From Candidatus Marinacidobacterales bacterium (lineage in GTDB: Bacteria; Acidobacteriota; Vicinamibacteria; Marinacidobacterales; DATDRI01), in NCBI GenBank assembly GCA_965219415.1, contig CBDCNP010000002.1, positions 672,001 to 736,000 on the forward strand: a DNA stretch of 64,000 nt, given 5' to 3'. The stretch's first letter is position 1. The number at the start of each line of letters is the position of its first letter. The notes beneath the pieces were generated by a model. It saw nothing but the letters and a program-made list of their open reading frames with translations, ran no database searches and was not told where the DNA came from. Positions 50,204-61,896 of the stretch are shown here, piece by piece. Position numbers and translations under genes: made by a program.

Positions 50204-51433
50204 ATGCTCGCCGCCTCGCTGGGGATCGTTGTCTTTCTTTGGCAGACCCCATCTGCACCTCCTGACGGGCCGGAGGACGATCCGACCTCGCCCCGAATCG
50301 AAGACAGCGACGACTCCGCCGAACAAGCGTCTCCCCGCTACGGGATCTCCGCCGACTTCGATTGGAGCTTCAGCAACGCCGAGAAGTCTCCGCTGAACTT
50401 GACCTATTACGGCGAGAACATCATGAAGCTCCTGCGAGTCTCGCTGCTCTTCAACTTTCGCGCTTCCGATCGTGTCGGCCTCTACGTAAACATTACGTCG
50501 GAGAACCTCAGCACACCTCATCTTTACGGAGCGTTCGTGCGTTTGGCGCCGCTGACCGAAAACAAGCTTTGGATCCAGGCGGGCAAGATCCCGCAACCCT
50601 TCGGCGCCTTTCCCGAGCGTTGGTACCCGTTCGCCAACCCGCTGATCGGCAATCCGTTCATGTATTCGTATGTCACCTCCCTTCGACCCGACAACATCCC
50701 CGCCGGCCCCGATGACCTGCTGAGTCAAAGAGGAAACGGACTCGCGCCGCAGTTTCAAGGTGGCGGCACCGGCTCGCGGTTTCCCGGTGTTCCGATGATC
50801 GAGATCTTCAAATGGGCCGCGGGCGGAGTCGGCTACGGAAGCCTCGGCCCAGTCGAGTGGTTGGCCGGTGCGACGTCGGGCACTCTCTCGCACCCCGGAG
50901 GGGTGGATGAAGGAGACGGTGCGCAAATCATCGGACGGGCGCACGCTATCGACCTTCCCCCGCCCTCAACGCCGGCGTATCGGTGGCAAGCCGTCGATGG
51001 CTCGACGACGTCGTCGAAGGCAGTTTGGGTGACCAGCCGCTGAGCTCGTTCAAACAGACCGGCATCGGCGGGGACTTCAACTACGCGCGCGGTCATCTAA
51101 TACTGTACGGGGCGGCGGCTTGGTCCCGTTGGGATGTTCCCAACGTCGAGGATCCGGTCGACGCGCTCTCGGCGTTTCTCGAGACCCGCTACCGCTTGAT
51201 CCCCGGTCTATACGTGGCGGGCCGGCTCGATCGGCTGACGTTCAGCGACATTACTTCAAGGAGCGGACAGGGCGAACCGTGGGAAGTTCCCGCTTACCCG
51301 AGTGGAGATCGGTACCGGCTATTCCTGGGAAAGGCACGTCATTTTGAAAGTGGTCGGTCAATTCAATTGGTACGACGAAGCTACGGAGCTCGATGAGAAC
51401 ATCATTGCGTTTCAAGTTGTGGTGCATTTCTAG
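50204..51433 (+). pseudogene. Probable outer-membrane beta-barrel protein, frameshifted
   Basis: Amphipathic beta-strands over three frames (IQAGKIPQPFGAF, LETRYRLIPGLYVAGRLD). The corrected C-terminus ENIIAFQVVVHF* ends in Phe. Confidence 0.6.
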
Positions 51434-52098
51434 CGCCCTCGCCGGACTCGTCGCCTCCGCGGCAACGACTCCGAGCGGCGCCCAGAGTGTGCGGACGGCG
51501 AGCCTCCGCGGCAGAGTCGAGTTCCGCGGCTTCGTTCGCGCTCCCCAATACAGCAACGATTTCTATTCCTACCGACCACCGTCCGATGCGCCAGGACGGG
51601 AAAGTCCTCTTCGCGCCGTCATCTACTTGGAAGACCGTGACCACCGACTCGAACCGGCGAGCCAGATGCCACCGGCGGCGATCGACCAGAAGGGTGAGGT
51701 GTTCATACCTCATATCCTGGCCGTCCAGTCCGGCACCCGCGTCGACTTCCCGAACAGCGACGTCATTTATCACAACGTGTTCTCCTTCTCGAAAGTCAAG
51801 CGTTTCGATCTCGGACGGTATCCGAAGGGTCAATCTCGCTCGGTGATCCTCGATTGGCGTCGGTCTTGTGCGAGTCTTTTGCGAAATCCATTCGCACATG
51901 AGTGCCTTCGTCATGGTGCTGCCCCATCCGTACTTCGACACCACCGACGCGTCCGGCACCTACCGCATCTCGAAGATTCCACCGGGGCGGTATCATGTGG
52001 TGGTGTGGAATGACCAGTTTCGTTCCGCGCGTAGAGAAGTCGTGCTCGAAAGCGGCGAGGAGGCCGAGCTCGACTTCGTCCTCGAGCAGTCTCGGTAA
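51393..52098 (+). CDS. Exported cupredoxin-like / carboxypeptidase-regulatory-like protein (one frameshift near 51855)
   Basis: Signal peptide, FPNSDVIYHNVFS and FCEIHSHM (H/C/H/M type-1 copper ligand set), and GTYRISKIPPGRY. Confidence 0.75.
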
Positions 52099-52104
52099 GC
52101 GATC

Positions 52105-53757
52105 ATGTCGTTGCGGAACAAACTCTTCGTTTCCTTCGGCACTATTTCCCTGCTCCTTCTCGCCTTCGTTTTCGTCACCGTGGAGCTACGGGTGCGCGAA
52201 CAGGTGTCGGGAGACACGGTGGCCGAATTGCAGCAAACCGATGCCGCCTTCGTCAACATTGGGAATTCCTACGGGAACGGCTCGCGCGACAAGGCGCCAT
52301 TGCCGCCGACGCCCCCAAACTGAAGGCGGTGATCGACACCGGCGATCCCGCGACCATCCAACCCGTCGCCAACGAATTGCGGGAGATGATAGACGCCGAC
52401 CTGTTCGAAGTGCGGAACCAGCGGGGACGTTCGTTAGCGCGGTTCGCTGAGGGCGACAACGATTCTTATTTGGAGGTGAGCTTCCCGATCGTCGTCGGCG
52501 ACAGCGCGCTCGGGAGCCTCGCCGCAGGTTACGGGTTGGACCGGGCTTTCGCGACGCGCATGAAAAGGTTAGTCGGTGCAGAAGTGGCGGTGGTCCTCGA
52601 AAACCGTGTTCTCGCGTCAACGCTCCCCTCATCGCGAGAAGTCGAACTCGCCCGGGGCCTGGCTTCACCGAATAAGGAGGGGGATTTGGCAACTGAACTT
52701 GGACGGTGAGTCCTACCTCGCCATGGCCGTCTTACCTGGGACGGCACCGCGGGCCCAGTTTCTGATCCTCCGTTCGCTGGACGAGAACCTCCGCTTTCTC
52801 GGTGCGGTACGCCGAGACTTGGTCTTGCTCGGAATCCTGACGACCGCGATCGCTCTCCTCGCCAGCTACGTGACGGCGCGAACGCTCACTCGGCCGTTGG
52901 CGGCCATTGTGGAGGGCATGAGAGAAACGGCTCGCTCGGGCGACCTGACGCGTCAGATCCAAATCGAAAGCCGCGATGAAGAGGCGTCTTTGCTTGCCAA
53001 GACGTTCAATCATGTGGCGAGCTCCCTCCTTGCATTCCAGAAGGAGGCCAAGCACAAAGAGCGGCTGACGTCGCTGGGACGTCTTTCCGCCACGCTGGCA
53101 CACGAGATCCGAAACCCCCTCACCATTATTAAGGGCTCGGCCCAGCAGCTTCTCGAAGAAAGCTCCCTCGGTGGGGAGGAGCGCGAAGCCGCGGCCGATA
53201 TTATCCAGGAAGTCGATCGTTTGAATCGTCTGGTGCAGTCGGTTCTAGAATCGGCCCGCCCGGCTTCTTTTAGTCTCGAGGAGGTCGATATCAACGAGCT
53301 CTGCGCCGACTGCCTGAGCGCAGTAGCCGACTCGCCCGAGGTCACGACCAAGGCAAGCTGGGACCCGCGCCTTTTGCGGGCCTCGGTGGATCCGGCCCGC
53401 CTCAAGCAAGTTCTACTAAATGTGCTGCTCAACGCACAGGAGGCGATGTCCGGCGAGGGGACGCTCAGGATTGAGACCCGTCTCGATGACGGCGATTACG
53501 TCATTTCTGTCTCGGACACCGGGAAAGGCATCAGCGAAGAGGACCTTCCGAGCGTTTTCGAGCCCTTTTTCACCCAGAAGCCGAACGGCACCGGCCTCGG
53601 CCTTTCGGTCGCTCGAAATATCGTCGACGGGCTCGGCGGCCGCATCTCGGTCGACAGCACGCTCGGCCAAGGCACCGACGTGGAGCTTCGCCTTCCCTTG
53701 AAGCCGCGCTTGCCGGCCTTCGCACCCAGGGGAACTGGCCCCGGCCTCGACATGTGA
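52105..53757 (+). pseudogene. HAMP-containing sensor histidine kinase, frameshifted in the periplasmic region
   Basis: TM segment, HAMP (TRPLAAIV..SRDEE), LAHEIRNPL, NVLLNA, DTGKGI and GTGLGL. The N-terminal parts are in other frames. Confidence 0.8.
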
Positions 53758-53809
53758 GGGCCTATTGACAGCCCACGAGGTCACTGTCTAGAGTGGGGCC
53801 GCTAGAACC

Positions 53810-55187
53810 ATGATAGCGACCACTTCCCCCGCGTCCCGTCGGGTCGGCCGAATCCTCATCGTCGACGATGAGGTCAAGATCTTGAAGCTTCTTTCGCGGT
53901 ACTTCTCCCGCCAAGGGCACGAGGTCAAAGTCACGACGGAGCCTTACGAAGCCCTCCGGCTGGTTCAATCCGAGCGGTTCGATGTCCTGATCCTCGACCA
54001 CCGCATGCCGCAGCTCACCGGCCTCGAGGTCTTCAAACGGGTCCGACGGGGCGAGTCCTCGCCGCGAGTCATTTTGATGACCGCTCATGCGACGGTGGAA
54101 AAGGCCGTAGAGACGATGAAGCTCGGCGCGGTCGATTACATCCAAAAACCCTTCGACTTCGACTCGATGAAAGAGGCGGTGCGGAAGGCTCTCGAGCAAC
54201 AGAGCGGGCCGGAGGCGCCGACGGCCCGGGTGGCAGCGTCCACGGAAACAGAGAGCCCTCTCAAATTGGTGGGTCGAAGCCCAGCCATAGGGGAATTGCT
54301 CACCAAAGATTAAAGCCGTGGCCGCTACCGATTCGACGGTCCTCATCACCGGCGAGACGGGTACTGGCAAGGAGCTCGTCGCGCGCGCCATCCATGACCA
54401 ATCCGGAAGAAGCGGCAAGCCCCTGGTTCGCGTCAACTGTGCGGCTATCCCCGAGGGCTTGCTCGAGAGCGAAATGTTTGGCCACACACGGGGGGCGTTC
54501 ACCGGAGCGACCCAGAGTCGTCGCGGCAAATTCGCACTCGCTCACGGAGGCAGCCTGTTCTTGGATGAAATCTCCGGACTGGGCTCGTCCCTCCAACAAA
54601 AGCTCCTGCGAGTCTTGCAGGAGCGAGAGTTCGAGCCCTTGGGCTCCGAACGAACCACCAAGGTCGATGTCCGCATCCTGGCAGCGACGAACCGCAATCT
54701 GTCCGAGCTGACCCAGAACGGCGACTTTCAAGAGGACCTCTACTATCGGCTCAACTTGATTCCCGTCGACGTCCCCCCGCTTCGCGAGCGGCGCGACGAT
54801 ATCCCGTTGCTGGCCGAGACGTTTCTCGAACGATTCTCGGCGAAACTGCGCAAGCCGTTCCGCGACTTCTCTCCGGAAGCGATGGAGTTATTGATCCGCT
54901 ACGACTGGCCGGGCAACGTCCGTGAGCTCGAGAACGCGGTGGAACGAGCGGTGGCACTAGGCGCGGGTCCGAGCGTCGGGTCAGAATATTTCGGGGACCT
55001 TGAACAAGCGCCTTCGCACGGCCCGCCCTTGCCGACCCTCGACCTTCACGAGAATCTCGGGTGGATCACTCGGCAAACGATTCGACGAAGCCTGGAAAAA
55101 GTAAACGGTCGTAAGAAAGAGGCCGCGGCTTTGCTGGGTATCAGCCCACGCGCGCTTAGCTACTACTTGCGCAAGTACGATCTGTAG
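53810..55187 (+). pseudogene. Sigma54-dependent response regulator (NtrC family), one frameshift near 54305
   Basis: Receiver [43 protein letters not shown] and a C-terminal HTH. Confidence 0.88.
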
Positions 55188-55425
55188 AGTACTCGCTCAC
55201 TCCTCGTTCGCTCGCTGGCCGCGCTCCCATCGCGCAGAGTGCAGTGATTTGTTTCGCACCCTGCTAGTTGCCCTAATTCAGGACGACACCACCCCGCACC
55301 GTCGCCTCGCCCAGTTTTCCACAGAATCTGTGCAGTTCATGTGGAAAAGCTATCGATCGAGGCCCTCAGACCCGCGAGTCGGTTGTCTTTGGAGCGTTTT
55401 GCACAATCCTTGAGCAGAGATTTGT

Positions 55426-56804
55426 GGGTCTACGCGGATTCGTGTGGGTTGAAAACTGCATTTCTGGGTAATGGCGGAAGGAAAGTCGCCACGATCTTCA
55501 GCTTGAGATATTCCTCGTCGCGATAGCCGTAGGCGCGTCGTTGCAGAACACGGATTTTGTTGTTGACCCCTTCAACTAGGCCGAGACTGACTTTGTTCTC
55601 CGGATGACAGTAGGAGGCGATACCATCCCAATGGGACTCAATCATACCGGCGAACTTCTGGTACGGATGCAGGCGTTGCCATTTGAGGCTGTCTTTCCAA
55701 CGAGTGAAAAAGGCGCGAGCGCCGCGTTCGGTGCGGTAATCCCAGAGTTGCCCGAAGGCCTCCTTCAAAATATAGGCGGTGTTCAGGCGCCGGTTGGCCT
55801 GGAGCAACTTTTTGAGTGCGCGGCGACCGTCTAGGCTCAGGTTCTCCCGCCGGGAAAGCAAAGTGTAACGCTGCCCCTTGATGTACGACCGGTCCTTGCC
55901 GCTGAGGCGTTTGTACTCACCGCGCCGGACCTCATCGAGGGCCTTTGACAGATGACGCATGATATGAAACTTGTCGAAGATGATCCGCGCATTAGGCGCG
56001 TTGTGAATCACCGAGTTCCGGAAGGGCTTCCACATATCCATGGCGGCCAGCTTGATACGGGCGCTTTTCTTTCCGCCCAGCGCCTTGAAGAACAAATCGA
56101 TGTCGGTTTCTTTGCGACCCTCACCGCCCACCCAGATGGGACGCGCCCGCTCCAGGTCGCTGACAATGACGCGATAGTTATGTCCCTTGCGGATGGAGAT
56201 CTCATCGACACCGATGGCCCGAGGCGCCGGTAGCCCCGCCCGGTCGACCTGCTCTTGCATGTAGAGCGTATCCAGAGCCTTCACCGTACCGTGGTGCAGA
56301 CGTTCCATCTCGGCCACCGCCTTGTTCGGCATATCCCGGCACAGCTTGCCCACATGCGTCGCAAAACGCTGGGTGTAGCGCGAGTTGTTCGCCAGCCAGT
56401 CTAGGTGTTCTACATGCACACCGCCGCACCCAGAACAGTTGACGCGCCAACGCTCGTATTCCAGATAGATCCGCCAGCCTGCCAACGACAGGTCGCGGAC
56501 CCGGCACACTTGCTTGTCATAGCGCCCCCGGCACCGTTGCCCACAGTAAGAGCACACAGCTGTTTTTTTCGCCTCTTGAGCTGGATGACGCGGGCGTATC
56601 GGTCACCGAATAGACCCTTCAATCCGGCACCAACCACGAAACCTGGCAGCGCAAACAGCGAGCGGATCGACTGGGAATTTTTCACTCGGTTAGCCTATCC
56701 TAAAAATGGACCACTTTTCAGCACCTGATGAAGTACTCGATACCTTTTCCACACAATGAGTTACACTGTTTTTCCGTCAGAACTTACCGAATCCGCGTAA
56801 ACCC
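55426..56804 (-). mobile_element. ISL3-family insertion sequence (1379 bp)
   Basis: IRs GGGTCTACGCGGATTCG and (rc) GGGTTTACGCGGATTCG. The 8-bp TSD AGATTTGT lies at 55418-55425 and 56805-56812. Confidence 0.95.
55430..56685 (-). CDS. ISL3 transposase in two overlapping frames joined at an A7C run
   Basis: Zn finger CSYCG..CSGCG, IGVDE, AMDMW, FDKFH and EGVNNKIRVLQRRAYGYR. GAAAAAAAC lies at 56562-56570 (minus strand). Confidence 0.9.
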
Positions 56805-57109
56805 AGATTTGTTTGTCCACTTTTGGGAAGAAACATAATTCATTCGCCTGATACCAAAACATTCCTAACACAGTGACCCACTTCACACCCAACGAGCGGT
56901 ATGACTGGGGTTTGTGTGCTCTTACGCACACATCGTCGGCGGAAACACCAACACATCGGCCGGGATTTGCACAACCTTCGGGCTGAGAATTTCGGCTCTT
57001 TCCACTCTTGGGTTTTAGGGAAGATCCCGTGGACAATACGTCCCGTCGAGAGCGGCCCGGGGGATGCTCGGGAGGCTCGTAGCCCGAACATGAAAAGGAG
57101 GTTGGGGTC

Positions 57110-57427
57110 ATGCAGGGCACCGTCAATCTTCAGCTACAAGATTTTCCGACTTCTCTGCTTTCCAGGATCGATCGCTATGCGCAGCTACTGGAGGAGTTCA
57201 ACCCTGGGGTGAAGTTCACGAGGGGGGCGTGCGTAACGAGCCTACTCTCTCGCGCATTAGCCGAGATCGAGGGACAGTCGGCATGGGGGCGTCGCAAGGG
57301 ATCCGAGCATCGCCAAGGACTGCGAGACCGCGATCGCCGACGGAATGTCCGTCGCTGGCGCGACAACCTCATGGAGGACGCGGAGAAAGACGTTCTCAAC
57401 AACCTGAGGGATCGTCCTCCTCTCTAA
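57110..57427 (+). CDS. Small hypothetical protein, possible ribbon-helix-helix fold with an Arg-rich tail
   Basis: AGGAGG RBS. Beta-strand VNLQLQDF, helix LLSRIDRYA, helix TRGACVTSLLSRAL and a tail with DRDRRRNVRR. Confidence 0.6.
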   Translation: MQGTVNLQLQDFPTSLLSRIDRYAQLLEEFNPGVKFTRGACVTSLLSRALAEIEGQSAWGRRKGSEHRQGLRDRDRRRNVRRWRDNLMEDAEKDVLNNLRDRPPL

Positions 57428-57578
57428 CAAGTGCCACCCTTTTGGTTTTGTAAGAAAATCGCGACAAGTGCCAGGTAATTGAAAGGCGCTAGTACCCGAA
57501 GACCCACCCTTTCTTAGGCAACCACGTACCACCCACGTTGGTGTGCGACCTCCGGTCGCGCGCTAGACTAGACCCACT

Positions 57579-58103
57579 ATGGAATTCCAACTGCAACAAT
57601 CCCTCGAGATCCTGGAGAGGACACCGAAGACTCTCCGGTCTCTTCTAGAAGGTCTCTCGGACCCCTGGCTGCTCAACAATAAAGGCCCCGAGACTTTCAG
57701 CCCTTTCGACGTCGTGGGCCACTTGATCCATGGCGAAGAGACGGACTGGATCCCTCGCGCCAAGATCATCTTGGAACATGGCGAATCGAGGCCCTTCACC
57801 CCGTTCGATCGGTTCGCGTTCTACGAGGCGAGCAAGGGAAAGAGCCTTAGCGCGCTTCTCGTGACCTTCCAGAAGCTTCGGGAGCAGAACGTCGAGGTCT
57901 TGAAAGGGCTCGGTCTAACCGCGGAACAGCTCGATCTGAAGGGCACTCACCCTGAGCTCGGCCAAGTATCGTTGAGGCAGCTACTCGCCACGTGGGCCAC
58001 ACACGATCTGGGACACCTCGGTCAGATCGTCCGGGTCATGGCTACGCAATATGACTCGGAAGTCGGCCCTTGGAAGGAGTTTATTTCTATCTTGAAACGA
58101 TAG
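57579..58103 (+). CDS. DinB-family protein
   Basis: LERTP..FSPFDVVGHLIHGEETDWIPR..HPELG..WATHDLGH. Confidence 0.9.
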   Translation: MEFQLQQSLEILERTPKTLRSLLEGLSDPWLLNNKGPETFSPFDVVGHLIHGEETDWIPRAKIILEHGESRPFTPFDRFAFYEASKGKSLSALLVTFQKLREQNVEVLKGLGLTAEQLDLKGTHPELGQVSLRQLLATWATHDLGHLGQIVRVMATQYDSEVGPWKEFISILKR

Positions 58104-58167
58104 TGCGACCCCGGCGGCTCCACCGAACCGTACCACCCAAACTGGCAATCTTTTGCCGCTGAAGTAC

Positions 58168-58196
58168 TTGCACCCGACGGCCCACCGCCATAAGAT
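58168..58196 (+). promoter_or_regulatory. Putative sigma70 promoter of the kinase gene
   Basis: TTGCAC-17 nt-TAAGAT, followed by an AGGAGG RBS. Confidence 0.5.
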
Positions 58197-58218
58197 CCCT
58201 TCCTATTAAAGGAGGCCG

Positions 58219-61080
58219 ATGGTCGGGCGGACCCTCTCCCACTATAAGATCCTCGACGAAGTCAGCCGTGGCGGTATGGGTGTCGTCTACCGCGCCGTCG
58301 ACACCAAGCTGAACCGCGAGGTCGCCTTCAAAGTATTACCCGCCGATCTCATCTCGGACCCAGAGCGGAAACGCCGGTTCCTTCAAGAAGCGCAGGCCGC
58401 CGCATCGCTCGAGCATCCCCATATCGCCACCATCTACGAAGTCGACGAAGCCGAGGGCGTGACCTTCATGGTCATGGAGCTCATCCGCGGTGAGAAACTG
58501 AGCGCGATCATCGAAAAAGAACGACCGTCCCTCCAGCGATCGCTCGACCTGGGCCTCGAGGTCGCGGAGGGGCTGGCCGAGGCCCATGACAAGGGCATCG
58601 TTCACCGCGATCTCAAGCCCGACAACGTCATGCTCGCCTCGAACGGCCACGCCAAGATCATCGACTTCGGTCTCGCCAAGCTGGTCGAGCCGCTCGGCGG
58701 TGAAGGAAGAGACCGAGGCGCACACCGCGCTCCGTCGGGAGACCGATCCCGGTGTGGTGATGGGGACCGCGTCCTATATGTCACCGGAGCAAGCTCGGGG
58801 ATCCAAAGTGGATCACCGGAGCGACATCTTTAGCCTCGGGATCCTGCTGTACGAGCTTCTGTCCGGAAAGCCGCCCTTCCAAGGTAGTAGTGGCATCGAA
58901 ATCCTGAACGCCATCCTCAAGGAGACTCCGGCTCCCCTGCCTCCGCTCGGCGGCGACGTGATGCCGGAAACGGCGTTCGAGCTCCAGCACATCGTGGACA
59001 AGTGTTTGGCGAAGGATCCCCGCGATCGATATCAGGGGATGAAAGACCTGGTAGTCGATCTCCGTTCGGCTAGGCGACGGTTGGAGTCGACCACCATCAG
59101 CGGCGTTCGCAGTAGTGGAGCGGTCCCGTTACCCACCGAGTCCCGACAGCGAAAAACCTGGCTCATCGGCGGCGGGGTTGCCGCCGCTCTTGTTGCAGCG
59201 GCGACCGCTATGATGCTGACGAACCCGGGACGAGACACGCCGCCTGCCTCGGTCAGCCCGGAGAAACCCTCCATCGCGGTTCTCTACTTCCAGAACAACA
59301 CGGGCGATGAGACTCTCGACTGGCTCCGCACCGCTTTGGCCGACATGTTGGTGACGGACCTATCCCAATCACCGGAGGTCGAAGTTCTCGGAACCGATCG
59401 TCTCTACGAGATTCTGGAGGAGATGAACCGGCTGGACGAACGCATCACTTCGTTCACCGTCGTCAAGGAAGTAGCGGAACGGGCCGGCGTCAACAACGTG
59501 CTCCTCGGGGACTTCGTCAAGGCCGGCGCCACCATCCGCATCAGCGTCCGGCTTCAGGAGGCAGAAACGGGCAAGATCTTGACGACCGAAAAAGTCGAGG
59601 GCGTAGGCGAAGACAGCATTTTCCCTATGGTCGACGATCTCAGCCAACGGATAAAAAGCAAGTTCGAGATTCCAACGACGGTAGATGACGAGCTGGACCG
59701 GCCACTTCGAGACGTCACCACCGACTCGGTCGAGGCGTACCGTTACTTCGCCGAAGGCTACCGCCTGCAGACCCAAGGAAACGATCGCGACGCTATCCCG
59801 CTCCTGGAGAAGGCGGTCGAGGTCGATCCGGGGTTTGCCATTGCCCTGGCCAGCCTGTCCGACGCTTACTGGAACCTAATCAAAGAAGGAAATCGGAAGA
59901 GGCTTCGAGGCGAGCTCTAGACAACTTGGATCGGTTAACCACACGCGAACGCTATTTCATCGAGGGAAACTACTACACGCTGAGAGAAGAAAACTACGCT
60001 CGGGGCATCGAGGCCTTCAAGAAGGGCCTCGAGCTTTGGCCGGACCACACCGATTCGAGCAACAACCTGGCGAACGTCTTCGCGCACCTAGAGCTCTACG
60101 AAGACGCCATCGCACTCGATGAAGTCCTGGTGCGGCGACGGGAGCGGTTCCCAGGTGTCTACAACCGGTTGGCCCGCTCCTACTCCGCTCTCGGGGAACG
60201 AGAGAAGGGCGATCGGCTACTGCAGAACTACCTGCAGCAGAGCCCGGGGGGTACCGCGCACCTCTGGCTCGGAAACCACCACAAGGAATGGGGCGCGTGG
60301 GAGAAGGCTCTCGAAGCTTACCACGAGGTACAAGAGATCGTTCCCGATTCACCCCATGCTCGGTGGGGTCGATTCGAGGTGGCCTCCCTGACCGCGCGAT
60401 GGGATGAGGCGCGGGCCATCACTCGGGAATTCGAAGAATCGAGTGTGCCGCGATGGCAATACACTGGGGCGGTCGGGCTCGCTGGATTGCAACTCTACCT
60501 TGGCAACGCTTCCGAGGCACTCCGCTGGGCCAGAAAGGCGGGGAGCGTTTATTCGCAGCCGAAACCTGACCAGACCGAGGGTGCCACTCTGGCTGCCCGG
60601 ATATGGCTCGGGCGCAACGAACCCAACGCTGCTCTCGCGCCGTCGAGGGAGGCCCAAGAGCAAGGCAAAGGAAACTCGGGCGAGTGGATCGGGCTTTATT
60701 TAGAATCTTTGGCGCTCGTACGGTTGGGACGAATGGAGGATGCCGATAGGCAGGCGGAGAAACTTCGCGAGCGGACCGTTTCCATCCCGGGTCCTAAAGA
60801 GACGAGACGCCATCACCTTCTTCTGGGCGAGCTAGCGTTGGCCGAAGGGGATACGGCAGGAGCGATCGAGCAGCTGGAGAGAGCGGAATCAACGCTCGCG
60901 CCGCGAGGGTACATGGAATCGCACCACGTCGCCGTCCGGTTCGCCCTCGGCTCCGCCTATTTGAAGGCGGGGAAGGAAGCACAAGCCGCCGAGCGGTTTC
61001 GCCGCGTGACCGAAAGCACGACCGAACACCTCGCCTTCCCCATTGAGTACGTGCGGAGCTTCTACTTCCTCGCAAAGATT
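58219..61080 (+). pseudogene. Ser/Thr protein kinase - TM - TolB_N-like - TPR protein, frameshifted and 3'-truncated
   Basis: GGMGVVY, HRDLKPDN, DFGLAK, GTASYMSPEQ, SIAVLYFQN and TPRs. Frameshifts near 58705 and 59900. Confidence 0.85.
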
Positions 61081-61698
61081 CCACGTAATCTGTTGAATGC
61101 CGTTAGGGTGGCCGTCTCACCGGAAGCGGTCGACATGGGAACCCTGGTGGTCATGAACGGGCAGATCGATGCGGCGCGAGAAGTGACCAAGACCAGCACC
61201 ATCGCCCGCGAGACTTTCAAGACGTTGGAGTTCGGTGCATTAGGAGTCGCCGACCTTGGTGGCGTGCGGTTTTATCGGACTCCGCTGCGACGCCAAACGA
61301 TTCCTCTTGCCAACGACGCGCGTTTGGTCGCGTGGAGATCGTGCCCCACTATGCAGGTGCCGACGGCCGACTCGTCCGCGCGCTACTAAACGATGACCAA
61401 CCCCCTGCCCTCGCCGGGCTCGTGATTGCGGCGACCGGTCTCGGCCACGTCAGCGCTTCGACGCATGATGTCATCAAGGAAGCGCGCGATCGCGACATCC
61501 CTGTCATTAGTTAGTACGCGGGTTTACACAGGGAGATTGATGCCTCTCTACGCGGGAAAGGGCAAGGGTGTCGACCTTCGGGAACTCGGTTGCATCCTCG
61601 CAGATAACCTCAGTCCTCAGAAGGCGCGGATTCTGTTGATGGTCGCTCTGACGAAGACCAGCGACCCCGAAGAGCTCCAGCGCTTCTTCGATTCATGA
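61081..61698 (+). pseudogene. C-terminal part of an L-asparaginase fused onto the kinase ORF
   Basis: PRNLLNAVRVA..VVMNGQIDAAREVTKTST..TF, GLVIAATGLGHV and NLSPQKARILLMVAL. The N-terminal catalytic part is absent and there are two frameshifts. Confidence 0.8.
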
Positions 61699-61896
61699 GT
61701 TTTGTCAGGCGCCTGACATTGAGAAGAAAAGTAACAAAGCCTCGCAGCACTCGCGCGGGAACATGCCGCCACCATTTCGGCTCCCCTCCGAACGTTTCCA
61801 GGCGTCTCCAAGTTTCGTTGACGTGAATTTCGCGGCTGAGTCGGCTTCCTAAGCACACGAATCCCCTTCGATCACAGCCTCAAGAAGATTTCGTGG

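Noticed and set aside
58142-58155. Sigma54 promoter TGGCAATCTTTTGC
   Set aside because: GG-to-GC spacing is 9 nt rather than the required 10.
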